Origin: Alloascoidea hylecoeti
Lineage: Eukaryota
DNA: 64,000 nucleotides
NCBI GenBank assembly: GCA_001600815.1
Contig: BCKZ01000007.1
Coordinates: 916,059 to 980,058, forward strand
Reading direction: 5' to 3'
Shown here: in pieces, positions 23,008-37,151 of the stretch
Position numbering within the stretch: position 1 is the first letter of the stretch
Layout of the letters: each line of letters opens with the position of its first letter
Translations under genes and position numbers: made by a program
The notes under the pieces: model-generated
What the model saw: only the letters and a program-made list of their open reading frames with translations
The model's database searches: none
Told to the model about the DNA's origin: nothing

Positions 23008-23904
23008 TTACTCCATACTGTCAACTATTCTTAACTTCCTCCTTTCCATCCCAATTTTTTCCAGCCTTTTTAATGTCATATCCTTATATTCCAAAAATGG
23101 CATCTGATCGTATTTGGAGCATCTCCCATTGTTGGTAGAATGTCGAGAATGACTATTATTATCATATGCCCACTGAACACTCCGTAATATGAGAATAAAG
23201 AATTCGACTGATGAATTAACCCATCTATGTATATCTTTCTTATAGTTATGATGAACAGCTTTACTAGCTACAGAAGCTGTTTTAAATATCACTGTGCCAT
23301 AATTGTACCTTCTATGTCTTTCAGACGATGAGATCCTTGCTTTTTCAACCTCTCCAAATTCACTAAAAAATCTAAAAAGTTGTTTCTCTGTAACCTTCTC
23401 TTTCTTTATAGTCCATTTCACTCTAATCGTTCGATCATTCTCATTCTCCTTCGATACTTTTGGGGTCTGTTTGTGCTGCATTCCTAGAATTTCCTCTTCT
23501 CTATTCCTTCTCATTTGTAAACCTTGCTGCTTTAAAATTTCTAATCGTCTTTTAAAATCAGTGCCAATGTCTTTTTTAGCTTCCTGTTCGCTTTTCTCTA
23601 ATTCTTCTTTCATCTGTCTTCTGCTTATATCCATCTCCCGTATTTTGTTTGCCTTCTCAATCTCAAGTTGCCTCATGCCATCATATTTCTTTCTTAGTTC
23701 ATCATCAAGGAGTGTTTCCACTGCGATACCTAACAAATGAAACATTTCAGGAGCGGTTGATGATTTATTTTTATCAGGATGGTATTTTAGGGCCGTACGC
23801 CTATATGACTTTCGAATTTCTGATTCCGTAGCATCATAGGATATAGACAACAAATCATATATATCAATTTGGGGGGTTATTATAGGATCCAACTGTTTAG
23901 ACAT
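23008..23904 (-). CDS. CWC23: J-domain plus RRM spliceosome factor (Cwc23/DNAJC17)
   Basis: YRRTALKYHPDKN J-domain, coiled coil, RRM-like RTIRVKW...FFSEFGEV..YGTVIF. Confidence 0.8.
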   Translation of the reverse strand: MSKQLDPIITPQIDIYDLLSISYDATESEIRKSYRRTALKYHPDKNKSSTAPEMFHLLGIAVETLLDDELRKKYDGMRQLEIEKANKIREMDISRRQMKEELEKSEQEAKKDIGTDFKRRLEILKQQGLQMRRNREEEILGMQHKQTPKVSKENENDRTIRVKWTIKKEKVTEKQLFRFFSEFGEVEKARISSSERHRRYNYGTVIFKTASVASKAVHHNYKKDIHRWVNSSVEFFILILRSVQWAYDNNSHSRHSTNNGRCSKYDQMPFLEYKDMTLKRLEKIGMERRKLRIVDSME

Positions 23905-24013
23905 TCTTGAATGTTAATAATGATGTAGAATCAATTACTTATGCATGCTCTCTAGTCATATCCGGGTAAACTTTGTAATAATTGTCCATCAAAAATAATC
24001 TTTGAAATCCCAA

Positions 24014-24421
24014 ATGGAACTCGACAATATTTTAAATCCAGAACAGGAATACTACAATGAAGGATACCGAGATGGATTAAAGGATGGTGAAGCAGAGGCA
24101 TTAATAGAGGGCCGTGAATTTGGAGTACAAACTGCTTTTCAACGGTTTTTTGCCTTAGGGGTAATATCTGGCCAAGCAGTTATTTTTGAGAAATCCATTA
24201 AGAAAAAGAAAACAGCGGCTACACAGGTGGCTGGATTGGTACGGGAGGTTCCTATTGATAACTCAGATACTTCTGTTGAAATTTATGAAAAGAGTGTTAA
24301 GAAAATCAGGAATCGAGCTAGGATTATGGACAAAGATGTTGTAAAAGAAGCAGATGAAGCGAGCAATAAAATAGCTGGGAGATTGAATGTAGCAGCCCCC
24401 AATCAAGAGGATATGTGGTAA
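24014..24421 (+). CDS. LTO1: Lto1/ORAOV1 (Yae1_N, deca-GX3) CIA targeting factor
   Basis: MELDNILNPEQEYYNEGYRDG...EGREFGVQTAFQRF; C-terminal Trp (DMW*). Confidence 0.85.
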   Translation: MELDNILNPEQEYYNEGYRDGLKDGEAEALIEGREFGVQTAFQRFFALGVISGQAVIFEKSIKKKKTAATQVAGLVREVPIDNSDTSVEIYEKSVKKIRNRARIMDKDVVKEADEASNKIAGRLNVAAPNQEDMW

Positions 24422-25013
24422 TATATTCAATTGATGGCACTACTTTACAACCAATTATAAGATCCATGTGATATAAAACTTCATATTTAACCGTTCCATC
24501 TTTTACGTTATATTTATAGGTTTTCTTTTTATATTATGCATAATATTCATTTAATATTAGAATGATTCACATCGAAAAATTTAAAAGAGAAAGCCTACAG
24601 TTATAATTTATATCTTTAAAAGATGCCATGGTTAAGAAAAAGCGAATCATCTAGCAATGTAACTATAATCACTGACGAAGATGGGTTATGACTCTTATGA
24701 GTACCTGTCAACCCATACTATGACTTTTGCACGACTTCATTTGGCGAAATATACTTCTAAAATTCCACGAATAGAACTTTTCTGAACATATATATCAATG
24801 AGTTGTATTTGAAGATTCTATAAGTTATATTCTGTGTTTTATACGGATTATCCTCCCCATGAGGCTATTTAATTTTGTATTTTGAACGCTCTGCTTAGTT
24901 AATTCACTGTACCACAGCTATGACAAACACTGTAATGTTGACGAAATCAAGGCAGATATAACTAATTAACATATATTATAAATATAACTAAATTTTAGAC
25001 TAAAACATTATTT

Positions 25014-28000
25014 TCAAAAGATCTTTTCTTTCCCTATCAACTCTATTGACCTTATTTGCAGATCAACAAATAAGTCTATAAGTCTGCCAACCATTGTAAT
25101 GTTATCTTTCCCATCCAACAGCCCGGTAAAGTTGACTTTGTCAAGTCCATACTTTTGGGGGATTATTGTTAAATTAGTAACGTATTCATTTGGTAATTCG
25201 CCACTAAACTCAGGGGCAGTCAGGATCACAGAAGATAGCTTTTGGCATTGTTCAATCAAGGGTTGATTCACAGAGTGGTCCATAGTATGTAATACTTTTG
25301 GTAAATACAAAAATATCATACCAATTATTATTTCACGGAGTTCTGGTAAATCTGCGGAAGCGGCAAGAAAGGCGGAATTCCACAAAATACCTTTCTGAAA
25401 CAAACTGTCTTCAACATGTTTACTACTTAAAATCGTTGACAATGAGTGAAGAGAAACAATACTCTGATCAGATCCACAGCAAAAATAATCAGATAAATAT
25501 TGAGGGACGGAAACTCCATACCCTATATCAAGAGACTTATTTCCTTCTTTAAAGTGTGATAGAAACTTTTTTGATTCTGTAGATGATCTAGCGAACAAAA
25601 ATAAATAACATCCATAAATACAAAGGTTAAACATTTCCTGTTTGGACAATGGATTTTCAGAATTGTTAGCGTTGTAAAGTTCATCGCTTTTAATTCTAGC
25701 CTTTAAGAACACTTCCATAATGTTCAATGTGTGATATTGGGTAGCAGAAATGCACAATCCTCGACATAATAAGGAAGAAATATAGTTATCAAACATCTCA
25801 GGTGAATATTTTACACCCACGATATCATCAAATTCCTTGGAATAGGGTTCCAAAACACTTCTAGCTCTTGTGAGGACTCCAACTATGTCACCATCAAAGG
25901 AATCCGCCTCAGTTATTTTCCTTAGGGCGTTGGCTGACAAATTTGTGCATGTTATGAAGTAATCGGGGAATGGAAATTGACTACTACACATACCTTGCCA
26001 GAATAATATAGGTAAAGCAGTAGAAGAGGGTGGAAGTTTTAATGCCACTTTCCCGGCACAGAAAATGATACACAAATTCATATCAATAGCTCTAGGATCA
26101 TTATTCCGAACCATTCGAGACGTTACTTCCAGCAATGATTCCAATTCTATAATAACCTTTTCTGCTTGATATTCCTCGATTAGTATTCCCAATACACTAA
26201 TAGCTCTAGATCTTACAATTGAATGTTCCTTGAAGGATTCATCCATAACATAAGCTGTCCATTTACTTTTCCACTCTTTCTTTTTTGCCTCGTCATTTCC
26301 TGCTGCAATATCAAATATTGCAAGAAGACCACCGATTATTTCAGGAAATGTCTCCAACATTGTGGCTGTATGTATTAGGTTCTCGTCAGTATCAGTTTTC
26401 GAACTTACTCCGAATAGGTAATTTCCTCGAGTACTAGTGAACTGTTCAAGCAACATGTTTAGACCATTAGATGCTTGTATAGAGAGACCTTCTACAGAAC
26501 TGAAGGTGCTGAACGCACAAATTGCTAGTTGTTGTGTATTCAATTTGACTTCGTAAGGGCCATTGTTAGTGAACATTGAGCCAAGAAAACAAATTTCAGG
26601 AAGATAATTCCAAGCTAATTCTAATGCATCAAATAACAAAGAATTCATAGCTTTCAAATACACGATCACCTCATTCCAACTAATCGACGAATACACGGCT
26701 TTCTCGGCTTCATCTTCGGCATCCACTGGAACATGGGTAATGTTCATAGCTTTATCAATTACCCTTTTGAATACCTCATTTGGATTCCTAAGAAGGAGAA
26801 TTGATATAATATCATCACAAGATTCGCCCGATTCTTGTTTATCTATTGCTGCAGCAATGACAATGTCAACGACAACTGGTATAAGCTCCTTATCTTCAAA
26901 CAACTTATCCCAAATACAAATATTAAATATTCCGATGTATTTTGGGACCCCATTTATAATATTGACAAAATTTCTAATTAAAGTTTTTGCTTTGCTCCGG
27001 CCGTTTTTCTTATCTTCCTGGTGAACTACTTTATAAATATTTCTGGTCCAATATTCAACGATGAAAATAGCAGCACTTTGCATTTTGTAATCAACATCCA
27101 GAAAAATATCTGTAAAACATTTGCAATAAGGGTAGCACCATTCTGAAAGATTTTTACCCGCTTGATCCCAAATTCCAGAAAAATGATTAATACTATAAGG
27201 TGGAACATATATACCGTCTCTTGGTTGCCCAATCTCAAAATCCATATGAAAATACAAATGGACCAATGCTGCCATTATATTATAAGCACCATTTCTTGTT
27301 TCATTATCTTCAGCATTCAACCCAAACATTCCTATATTCCCAATTATACTGATAACATCTTGTAGATTAAGAGTAGGGCTATCGGAGAGAGATGTTGAGG
27401 ATGAATCTGTGTTGAATTGCGTAACTAAGTCGTTTACATTTCTAACAATTTCGTTTCTTTGGGGACTAGAATAAACTTGTAAATGAGAAGTATGATCATT
27501 AAAATTAATGACGAAGGCATCCTGACCTATTTTATGGGAAGTAACAGCTCCCTTGATAGCAGTTACATGGTAGGTATCATATAGCTTTATGTTAACTGTC
27601 TTTCCACCACACACTATTGGAACCGGAACAACTTTACAAACATGAACATATTCACGTCCAACTTTCATATCCACTGGAACAAAATCCTTTGCTGAGTTGT
27701 CAAACTGGAGAACATCCGAATAATTATTCTTTTCATCGTAAAAAATAGCCCTTGTTTTCTTTGATAAGCCATGGAGTCTCCTTGAAATTTGCTCATCAAA
27801 TGAGCAAATAAAGGTATACGGAATAAATGAAGGATTGAACAAGTTAGATCTTTCAGCCATACTTATTATTACGTCCAAATTGGGCAGGAACGCACTAGAA
27901 CAGTTGAAGAACATAAAACCTCCACAATTCTTTGAGGCTTTCAGAGGCGATAATGTAAATAAATTCTCAAAAATACTAACATCAACAAAGTTATTTTCAC

Positions 28001-31000
28001 TAAATCCAGTACAGTCAATAAAAAAGGAGTATGGAGAATTCCAAAGTTTACATAAAATTTGAAATATCCTGTAAGTGATTATATCTGGTTCTATGATTGT
28101 GTCTTTATCAAAAGATCCAAGCGACAAGATTATAAATGGTGCGCCATCAGTGGTTACACCTTCGTTGACCATCCTTTTCTCCAAAATAGAGCCAAAATCC
28201 CTAGTAGAATTTCTGGCCATGAAATTATATAATTGTGTTCCTTGCTCTGTATTATCAGATGAAATCTCCTCCGGTATTTGGTAACTCTTGTTCTGTTTTG
28301 GTTGGCCAATAACTTCAACCAATTCTTGCAACTTACCAAATGCCTTTAAAGTATGGGTATTATCAATGGTTGATGATGACAAAGATGGGAGAAGGAGAGA
28401 TTCCGAATCAGACCCCTTAAAAAACAGATCTTCATCCGGTGTAGCAGCATTCGCAATAATTATTTCAGAATAATTAAACACAAATTGATGGATAAATAAT
28501 GCTTGGCCTTTATCGAACATTTTAGAATTGTTGTCTGGTTTTGAATTTGAACCTTTAGAGACAATTGAAATCTTGGAAAGTTCAAGAGATAAATCATAAT
28601 TATTACCGGTTATAATAGCTGCATCAATCAGATACTGAGTTATTTGTGCATTGATAGCATTTAGATCACCCATTTTATCGCGCAACAAAGGTAACTTCAA
28701 TGAATAGAGAGAACCATTAGCCATATTTTGAATAATTTTGGCAACTAAGAGCAATGAACGACGAACATCGCGCCTCAGACGTTCCTTTGATAGACCATTA
28801 GATTCAGGAGCAACGATAGCTGGGCAAAAAAATCTCAAAAATAAGAAAGCGCCAACCGATGTAGCTGAAGCATCTGGAAATTTTTTATCAGCTTCTGTAC
28901 GAATTGTATAGCATATTTCTTTAAATGATGGAGGCATATTATTTAGAGATTGGATGAAGGCCGTAGAAAAAGATGATAAACATTTCATAAACTTTCTTAT
29001 ATTTTCGGAAACATTTTTCCCTTCAATCTTATCAGAACTGAGTTCAAATACGTGATTTGAGGGATCTTTGAGGAACAACTGAAGAACCGGTGCTAGAGTC
29101 GAAGAGAGATAATTTGTACCAACTTTCCTAGCATAAAGTGTTAACATTCGAGTAGCGACACTGTTACGTCTTAGAAGCTCTACTACTCTCGTTGTACCTT
29201 GAATTTCTCTTTTAACAGCTGCTTTAATTAGATCCAACTCCATTCCATCAGTCATGAACAAATTTAGTAATGCAGAAGCTAGACTATCAACTTCAGTTGC
29301 TGGACACGAATCGCATAATAGAACTGCAATAGATAAATTGGATTTCAAATAATTCACAAGAGCTTCAAGATTAAAGTCAGTACTTCCCTCATCCTTCGCT
29401 CCAGCGCTATCCTTCAAAATAGTTGCAAAAATATTAACGAATGCACTTCGAACTTTTTGATTTTTATGGTATCCAAGGGGTAAAGCAAACTTTAATCCGA
29501 CATCAGTGTTCATTGTCAAAATACTGGACAAAATATCAATAAAATATTTACATATGGTGTTGTTGTACTTTGCTATTGTTGACCTTAGTCCCTCAGACAA
29601 AATGTCCGAATTTTTAGAAGTTGAATTCATTGTTTTGGCGGCAATGCTATTTCTGCTCGAGCTAGCAAAGGAATCTCCGGCCGAACTATACTTCTCTAGT
29701 GCTCTAACACCAATAGAAAAGAAGTTGGCGCATACAGTAGATTTTGCCTGTAAATAATCTTCTTCTGATATAGCTGGAGGAGTATATATTACTAACCCTT
29801 TGGCCATATATGTCGCTCCTTTGGCTACTTCTAGTGCCAAGTCTGCTAGTAGGCGGTCAATTTCGTTCTCTTTCTTTTCTGAATATGGAAAACTAGTGGT
29901 GTCGTAATCATCATTTCTAAGAGCCGCCCAATCAAACCAATTTAACATCAAAGAGAGAAAGTTGTGCAGATCTCGTTGAGGAGGCTTAACATTAAAAAGC
30001 TTGTCATTACTTCTTATTTTGGTAGCAAGTTTAATACAACGTATTTTCAATCTCAAAGTATCACGCTCAGTATCAGTGAAAGTACCAAGATATTTCATTA
30101 TATAATAAAGGGTCGAAGGAACAACTCTTTCGATATTCATTTTTCCTTGGACACATCTGTTAATGACTCCATTTATAAGAGATATAAAAAGATCGGAAAT
30201 CCTTAGAATCTGTTCCTTATTTTTTGATTGGACTACTGTATTTATCAATTGATTTAACGAAAGAAATATGTCATGTGTCAAATGATTCCCAAACTCTGTT
30301 GAAAGAACTTCTTTCGCAGAGTTGCTAATAAGCATATTTGGCGATTCTAAAAGATATAAAGTATTTTGAGCAAGATCGTGGATCATTGGTGTCAACGTTG
30401 ATACTCTAACATTTGTCTCGTCATCTGTTGCTAAAATACACTCAGATAAACTTGCTAACATTCCCAGATAGTTTCTGCTCTCAACTACAAACGTTTTAGA
30501 TGTTTGTTGTTGTTTTGCTGCGGCTGAATATCGCTCGTAAATGATTTCCCATGCGTTCATAATACCATCAGTCGCAGTGGTAAACTGAGATGCTAATTCT
30601 CTAATCCTTTTTTGTAAAATGGCATTTCCAGTTATGGTAAATGAGTCTGGGTGGAACTCATTATATTGATGCCTATTATATAGTAAAGGACTATATTGAA
30701 TGTTTTCTGAAAATAGTTCACAGCCTTCTAAGGCATAAGAAATTGCTTGTATTGTTATTTTGAAGATTTCAATGTCTGGTGAGCAAAGAGCAATAAGAAT
30801 AGCCGTCTCAAAATTTGTGTACATCTTTTCTCCAGCTCCTTCCATTTCCATTTGATTTATAATATCATAGCATGTCTCTTTTAAATGAAATCTCTTCGCA
30901 ATCGTTACCCTCGCAAAGAGAGAGTTTTTAATTACTAATAATATTGCTTCAAACTTAGGATCATTAAGTTCCATCTCAGTAAGTCTTTCGGACATTGAAG

Positions 31001-32974
31001 CGATAGTATTAAAACCTGCCATATATATAGCAATGGCTGGATGTTTAGAGGTATTCACAATTGGGGGAAGTTGGGATATAGTTTTCTCCTCGACAAAAGA
31101 GAACAAGAAACCCGTAGCAGCATCTGATAACCCTTTATCGGAATCAAGAAGACAAGTTACAATCGGGTCTAAAATAGCACCGATTTGAGTCGCAAATTCT
31201 GTATCATCACACCCATTGAAATAGGAAAGAGGATTTGAAATAAAACATTGGAGAGTATTTGTAAGAATTGGTATGCTAACAGATTCTGTCTGGCTTGAAA
31301 GTGATTTTCTTAATGAATTTCCCGCTGCTCTTGCTTTCAAAAGTAGATGAGATTGTTTACAAATAATATCTCTCAGTTGAATACTAACTGAATCAATAAG
31401 AGATTGACAAATGCCGGCCGCTGAATCAATTTCAGCTAAAGCTCGTAAACCGGACGTAAAACAGCACGCCATATCACTAGTGACCTCGGGCTGATGGAAA
31501 ACCTCAAGATGTTGCATTGGATATTTTATATTTATAAGGGCAAATGAAACAAACAAATCGCAAGCTATTGTGATGAGAGACCCACGAGCATCACTGTTCA
31601 GGGAAAAGGTGCTACCGAAGCCTACTGTTATCTTTTCATGATTCAATACAGCATATTCAGAAATAGGATATTGGTTATCAATATTATAGCCTCCTGAAGC
31701 AGCAGAAATTATAATGCTAAAACAAAACAGAATATTATCTGAAGGACTTGGTGATTGTAGACTTGAATTTAAGAAGCTGAGGAACTTCAGTTTCTTTGAA
31801 TTGGTGGTGAATCGCTTGATACTGGATGTGAATGTTTTAAAAGTACTTGGGAAACAACAAAGCAATATTGTTAGGAATCTGATAGATCCATCTATATATT
31901 TAGAGCTCTCAATATTTGTGTGAATATAATCAAACAATGAGGATGATACTAATTGAATTGACGAACCATCTTTACCAGCTTCATAGAGCTCTCCTGGAAG
32001 AGCAAATATCCAATATTGTAAGCTTGATGATAAAAAGTACAATAGCAATGACTGATGCAAAGGGTTTCTAAGAGAAGAAATCCACCCCCACAAATCATGG
32101 AATAAAACTTCAATAGTATTTTTATCAAGATATATCATTTCAAAAATATCAATGCAAGGAATAACTTCATTTTCTTCGGCATTACAGGTTCTGATAGTAA
32201 GCATTTTCTTTTGCATAATTCGATAAGCAACCGTCCAGTTAGAGGCTGAAAGAAAACGGCAAATTGAAGTACAGTACTCATCGATCTCATCAATAAGACT
32301 TTTGTATGGATGGGCACCAATGCTGTTCTTTACTTGTACTTTACCATTTGATAAGGTTAAGATTTTCTCTGATATTTCTGAATCAGATTTTAAATTTACG
32401 AGATATTCCATTAAATTCTCTGCGATGTGCTCTTCTATTTTTGGAGGATGAACTGTATGATACTTTAAAAGGGGTTTGACGAATCCTGTCTCCCCAAGCG
32501 TTATTGGAATTCGGCCTCTTCTGACGGGGGCATGCTCGTATGTATCCCAATTTATTTCAGTACATTCTGCTAATAATTTTGTGACGACAACCAGAGATCT
32601 TAAAGAGTATAAGTTTTTAGCAGATAAAGGTTGGCCCTAAAGAATGGTGATGTTAGAATTTGAAGTATGAGGATTAACAACCAAACATACTTTTGAAATA
32701 TACTCTAATAAAGAATTGAAACTAGAGATAATGTCACCAATGCGCTTTGTTTCAGCCAGCTTTATTAAGGTTGATTTCGTGTATAAGTAAAGCTTTTCTG
32801 CCTCTGCGTCTTCAATAGTACTGCCTGTTTCGGATGGTAGCTAAGTTCGGATTAGTGTCGGAATCAAATGGATTTCCTTATAATGCTACTTACCACTTTA
32901 ATTAATCTTGACACAATGGTACTAATCAAATCATAGTCTGAATCAGTAGAGTTAAAGGTTTCGAAATTCCCCAT
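25014..32974 (-). CDS. IRA2: Neurofibromin-like RasGAP (Ira1/Ira2); 3 exons, introns 32893-32841 and 32690-32637
   Basis: RasGAP motifs LLRRNSVATRML, FLFLRFFCPAIVAP, AKIIQNMAN, followed by a Sec14/PH-like region; two GT-AG introns extend the ORF in frame to ATG 32974. Confidence 0.93.
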
Positions 32975-35900
32975 TGCTGTATGGCCCAATTATGAATTAA
33001 AAAAAAGAATTAAGAACGTAACTATCAAAATCACAGGTTTTCAAACATTGGAGGATTTCATATTGATTATAAATAAGTATATATAGGTTTTTAGATACGG
33101 ATACAAGACTGACACTTTCCTCAACAAGGATAATAATAATGTCGAGCTTCTGAGCTAAAATTAATGAAAAAAATAATAGATAAAAACAAATTATACGCCG
33201 ACTCTACATATTCATGTATAACATTTTAGATATGCAGCTACATGTTATTATGTTATTATTAAGTATTTATATCTAAACAAATGCCTAAAAATATATATAG
33301 ATCTAGGTAGATACTAGATAGTGTAGAGCTTGAAATCATTCTTTTTAAATATAGAATATAATATATATAGTTATAATCATCAATAACTTTTTCAAAACAA
33401 ATATATGTAAAGTGGCTTTAATTTATAAAAGCCTCTGCTGCTACACAGATATCAACACCTGCATACATAAATAATTAATATCTCGGTAAAAAACTCTTTA
33501 TGATTAATTAATTAATGATTGTAAAACTAATTTGTTTTGTTTGAGTATCATACAATGTTTCGAATTCTAGGTTCATATGTAGTTGAATGAATATTAATGA
33601 TTCATGAGCAGCGGATAATATAATACGATACTTACTGTTTACAGTTTAATTATGTAAACGGTATATCTTCGAATTCATTGTTATAACTCGCAATTTCATT
33701 TAATATATTGAGGACCATATATTCATTCTTATATAAGCACGTAAACGGATTAGCTAACAGGGCATGTATTATGATGGTAATTTTGATTGTAGGTTGTCTT
33801 GATCTTAGAATTCGAAAGGCCATGAAAAAACGGTTGCGATGGGACTTTATTACATTTCTTCACAAACATTTCAGGATTAAAAAGGTACTAATGGTATGCG
33901 TTTTTAAGTGCGTAAAACGATAAAAATCCAAGGTCATTTATACATTTACATTTTATAAACGATAATATTAATTATTTACAGAAGAATGTGCAATAAGAGG
34001 AATTTTTACGCACGCAGGTGTATGATACTACGATATCATTGCTTGATGACAAGTTGATGTGTATGTAATATGTAGGAATATTAATATTGATATTAAATTT
34101 TATATTCTTGATCAGTGGCCACCACGGTTGATATATGAGTTTTGCGAACCTATTATATCTACTTGCTGACAAGACTTAGTTACAAGTTGTTGTGTTGTAT
34201 TCAACCACTTAGCCAAATGAAAACATTCATGTATAAATTTTTTTATGCTTCTGTTTTCGATAATTTCTACAGATGGGTGGCATAGGACAATCCGTTTCTA
34301 TTATTCTTGTAATCTGTCTAATTATAAGATTAGACAAAGGTCGGAGCCCCAGTCTTAAGTTTCAAGATTGTATAATCAACTCGTGTGGAAATTTAAATAT
34401 CATAATATCTAGATTTACTAATTATAACATAGAATACACATATAAGCTTATAGGTAGCATTGGTAAATATGTATATATATTTCAAAATAAAGACAGAAGA
34501 GTTGGAACTATATTAATATAACTTATAACTGTAATATCATTAGATAAATAGTTTATAAGCTCTATATAATTAGGATATTTATAAAAAAGTGTATATAGTA
34601 AAATGTCTTGACAGATATAGTTAATATAACTTATATCTAGAGATACTATTCCTTCTTTATGGAATAATAGAAAGCATATATGGTGATTATTAATATGATA
34701 ATTATCCATATATGAAAATGAGAAATGTGCAATTTGCTTAAGCGCTTGGTTTCTTGCAATTACAAATAGGACATAACGGCAACTCAATTATAACCGCTCC
34801 TTTTATAAATTATATTTTACCAATATAGCCTATATTAATAATACTGAAGATACGATTGAACCAGTTGCAATGCTGAATCATTGCTGATATATTCGAACAG
34901 TGATCATGATCATATATTGATTCAGCAATATCAATATTCATAATATCTGTGTTATAGTAATAATTATAATTATAGCTACATGTGTGTTATTGGTATGTTA
35001 CGAGTAACAAGAATTTAAGAAGGTCCGCAGCTCAAAAAAAACAAAAAGGTCAATATATATATCATAGTATAATTATAGCCTAATTGTATAGGCCTATAGC
35101 TATAAGGACCTTATTATTACATGTATTAACTGCGATGGAGAGACACATTTTCCCTATATGTTATATTAAGGGACTTGCAGATCTGGTACCAGTTATATGC
35201 AATTGCAATATTAATTAATGTTGACGTATGGGTTGATCTTAGAATAATAATTAAATAAATCTAAATCTAAATCTAAAGGTTGCAATTGACATCTTCATTT
35301 GCAATTTAATTGGTGTAAAATTTCCCATCAGCTCGAGCTCGTTATTATTATCATGAACAATTATTGAATAAATGATTTAATTATGAAAAAGAGATTCTTA
35401 ACAATTAAAGTTATTAAATAAAAGGAACGAAGGGCTTAATCTTACATATTAACTTCAATATATCGTTGGAGAACTTGAGAAGACAAATCTTTGGAGATTG
35501 AACATTCGGATTATCCCATCTATGCAAGCGCACCATTGGAATAATTCACATACCAGTTGCAGGTATAATTGGTCTCATAATTAAGCTTATATAATTAGTA
35601 GGGAAATCATAATATTATAAACCAAAAATACAATAGTGTGCCGCTTAATTACAGTGTATATGATCCGCCAGCACAGTTTGGACCAAAATACAGTATACGT
35701 ACTTCTAATTACTATAATTTTATGGGGTTTTATTCCTATGATATATTTCTACACTATAATAATATATAATGTTATAGGCCTATAATGTTGTAATTACTTT
35801 ATTAGTTTTTTCAGACTAAAATTAAAAATGTTGTAGCCTTGTATAAGGTTTTAAATTGGAATTAATGCGTACCTGACAGTGTTGGGATCCAATTTTCGAG

Positions 35901-37151
35901 AGCTATTTAATCGGTTTAAATTTTGTTTTAGTTCTTACCTTCTCTTTTTAGATATACAGATTTTAATGTTTTGAAATAAAGAAAAGTACATTTTTGAATA
36001 CAGAAAAATGAGTGCTATTTTACCTAGTCGTATTCTTTTTTGATCGTTGACTGACGTTTTAAAGGCCTATATAATTAGTACTTAAGCTTATACTTAGTTT
36101 ATATTTGCTCATCGTTACTCTTACTCATCGATTGTCATTATTATTTGTCTACCCTGATTATTTCTTATATCTATAGCAGAGGAACTACAATACTCGCCGC
36201 ACTGAGGGAGTTACAAGATATAATGATTCCCGGTTCCACTTAATGTAAGAGATTCTGATTACCAATTATAGGCCTCTTAATTTCGGCCGCAATATAATGG
36301 AACATTAGAACCCGAAAATCAGTTATGGGCAGGGCCGATAATTAGTAAGCAGAATAGCCGAAATTAAGTGGAATCATTGTACCTTTTTTGCTAAAAATAA
36401 GCTAATACACTTATAAGATTTTAAATTTTTATATTCGTTTCGAGAGGGGAAATATTTAGCTTATATCTGATAACAAGAATGTATTTATATCGTATGATAT
36501 TGGGTGATCCTATTCAGTAGCTAGATAATTAAGAGGAAACCACTGAAATAACTAGGTAAGGCTTACCTCTTTCTACACTGATACTGGAGTATACCTTTCA
36601 AATGTGAGTATCCATAGAAATCTAGTCCGAATATTTTTTAAAGTCAGAAACAGCTAAAACTAATCATCAATTACCATATATCCCATTAATCTTTTTCTGC
36701 TGTATTTATCTCTCAATAAAATGGTAATAACAGTATATATATATTTGAAAGGCTAAGTGCTTTCAAGAGATCATAGTGATAAATAAATTAAGTTAAAATA
36801 ATAATGATTCATGCAAATATATAAGAATATATAGTTGTGAATTGAAAAATTAAGTGTCAAGATATAGCATATAAAACATAAATTGGGGATTAAAAAAACT
36901 AGAATATGCGAGAGTCAAAATAATTGAATTATTTTGATTTCGGAAAAAAAAATTAGTTAAAAGGAAAACAAGTAGTGAAATCTCAAAAAGATATATAATA
37001 ATAGTAGTCAATGTTAATAAGAATGATAATAAAGTATAATATTAAACGTTATGCATGAAAGAATGAAAGAGTAGTGTGAGAAAAGACAAATGTATATGAC
37101 ATATCAACTTTCTTTAATTATGTTGTGTATTTGTTTCTTCTTACAATTAAA

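Noticed and set aside
33708..34787. Short ORFs (66-101 aa) in the long intergenic region
   Set aside because: AT-rich, mostly non-ATG starts, composition typical of random ORFs
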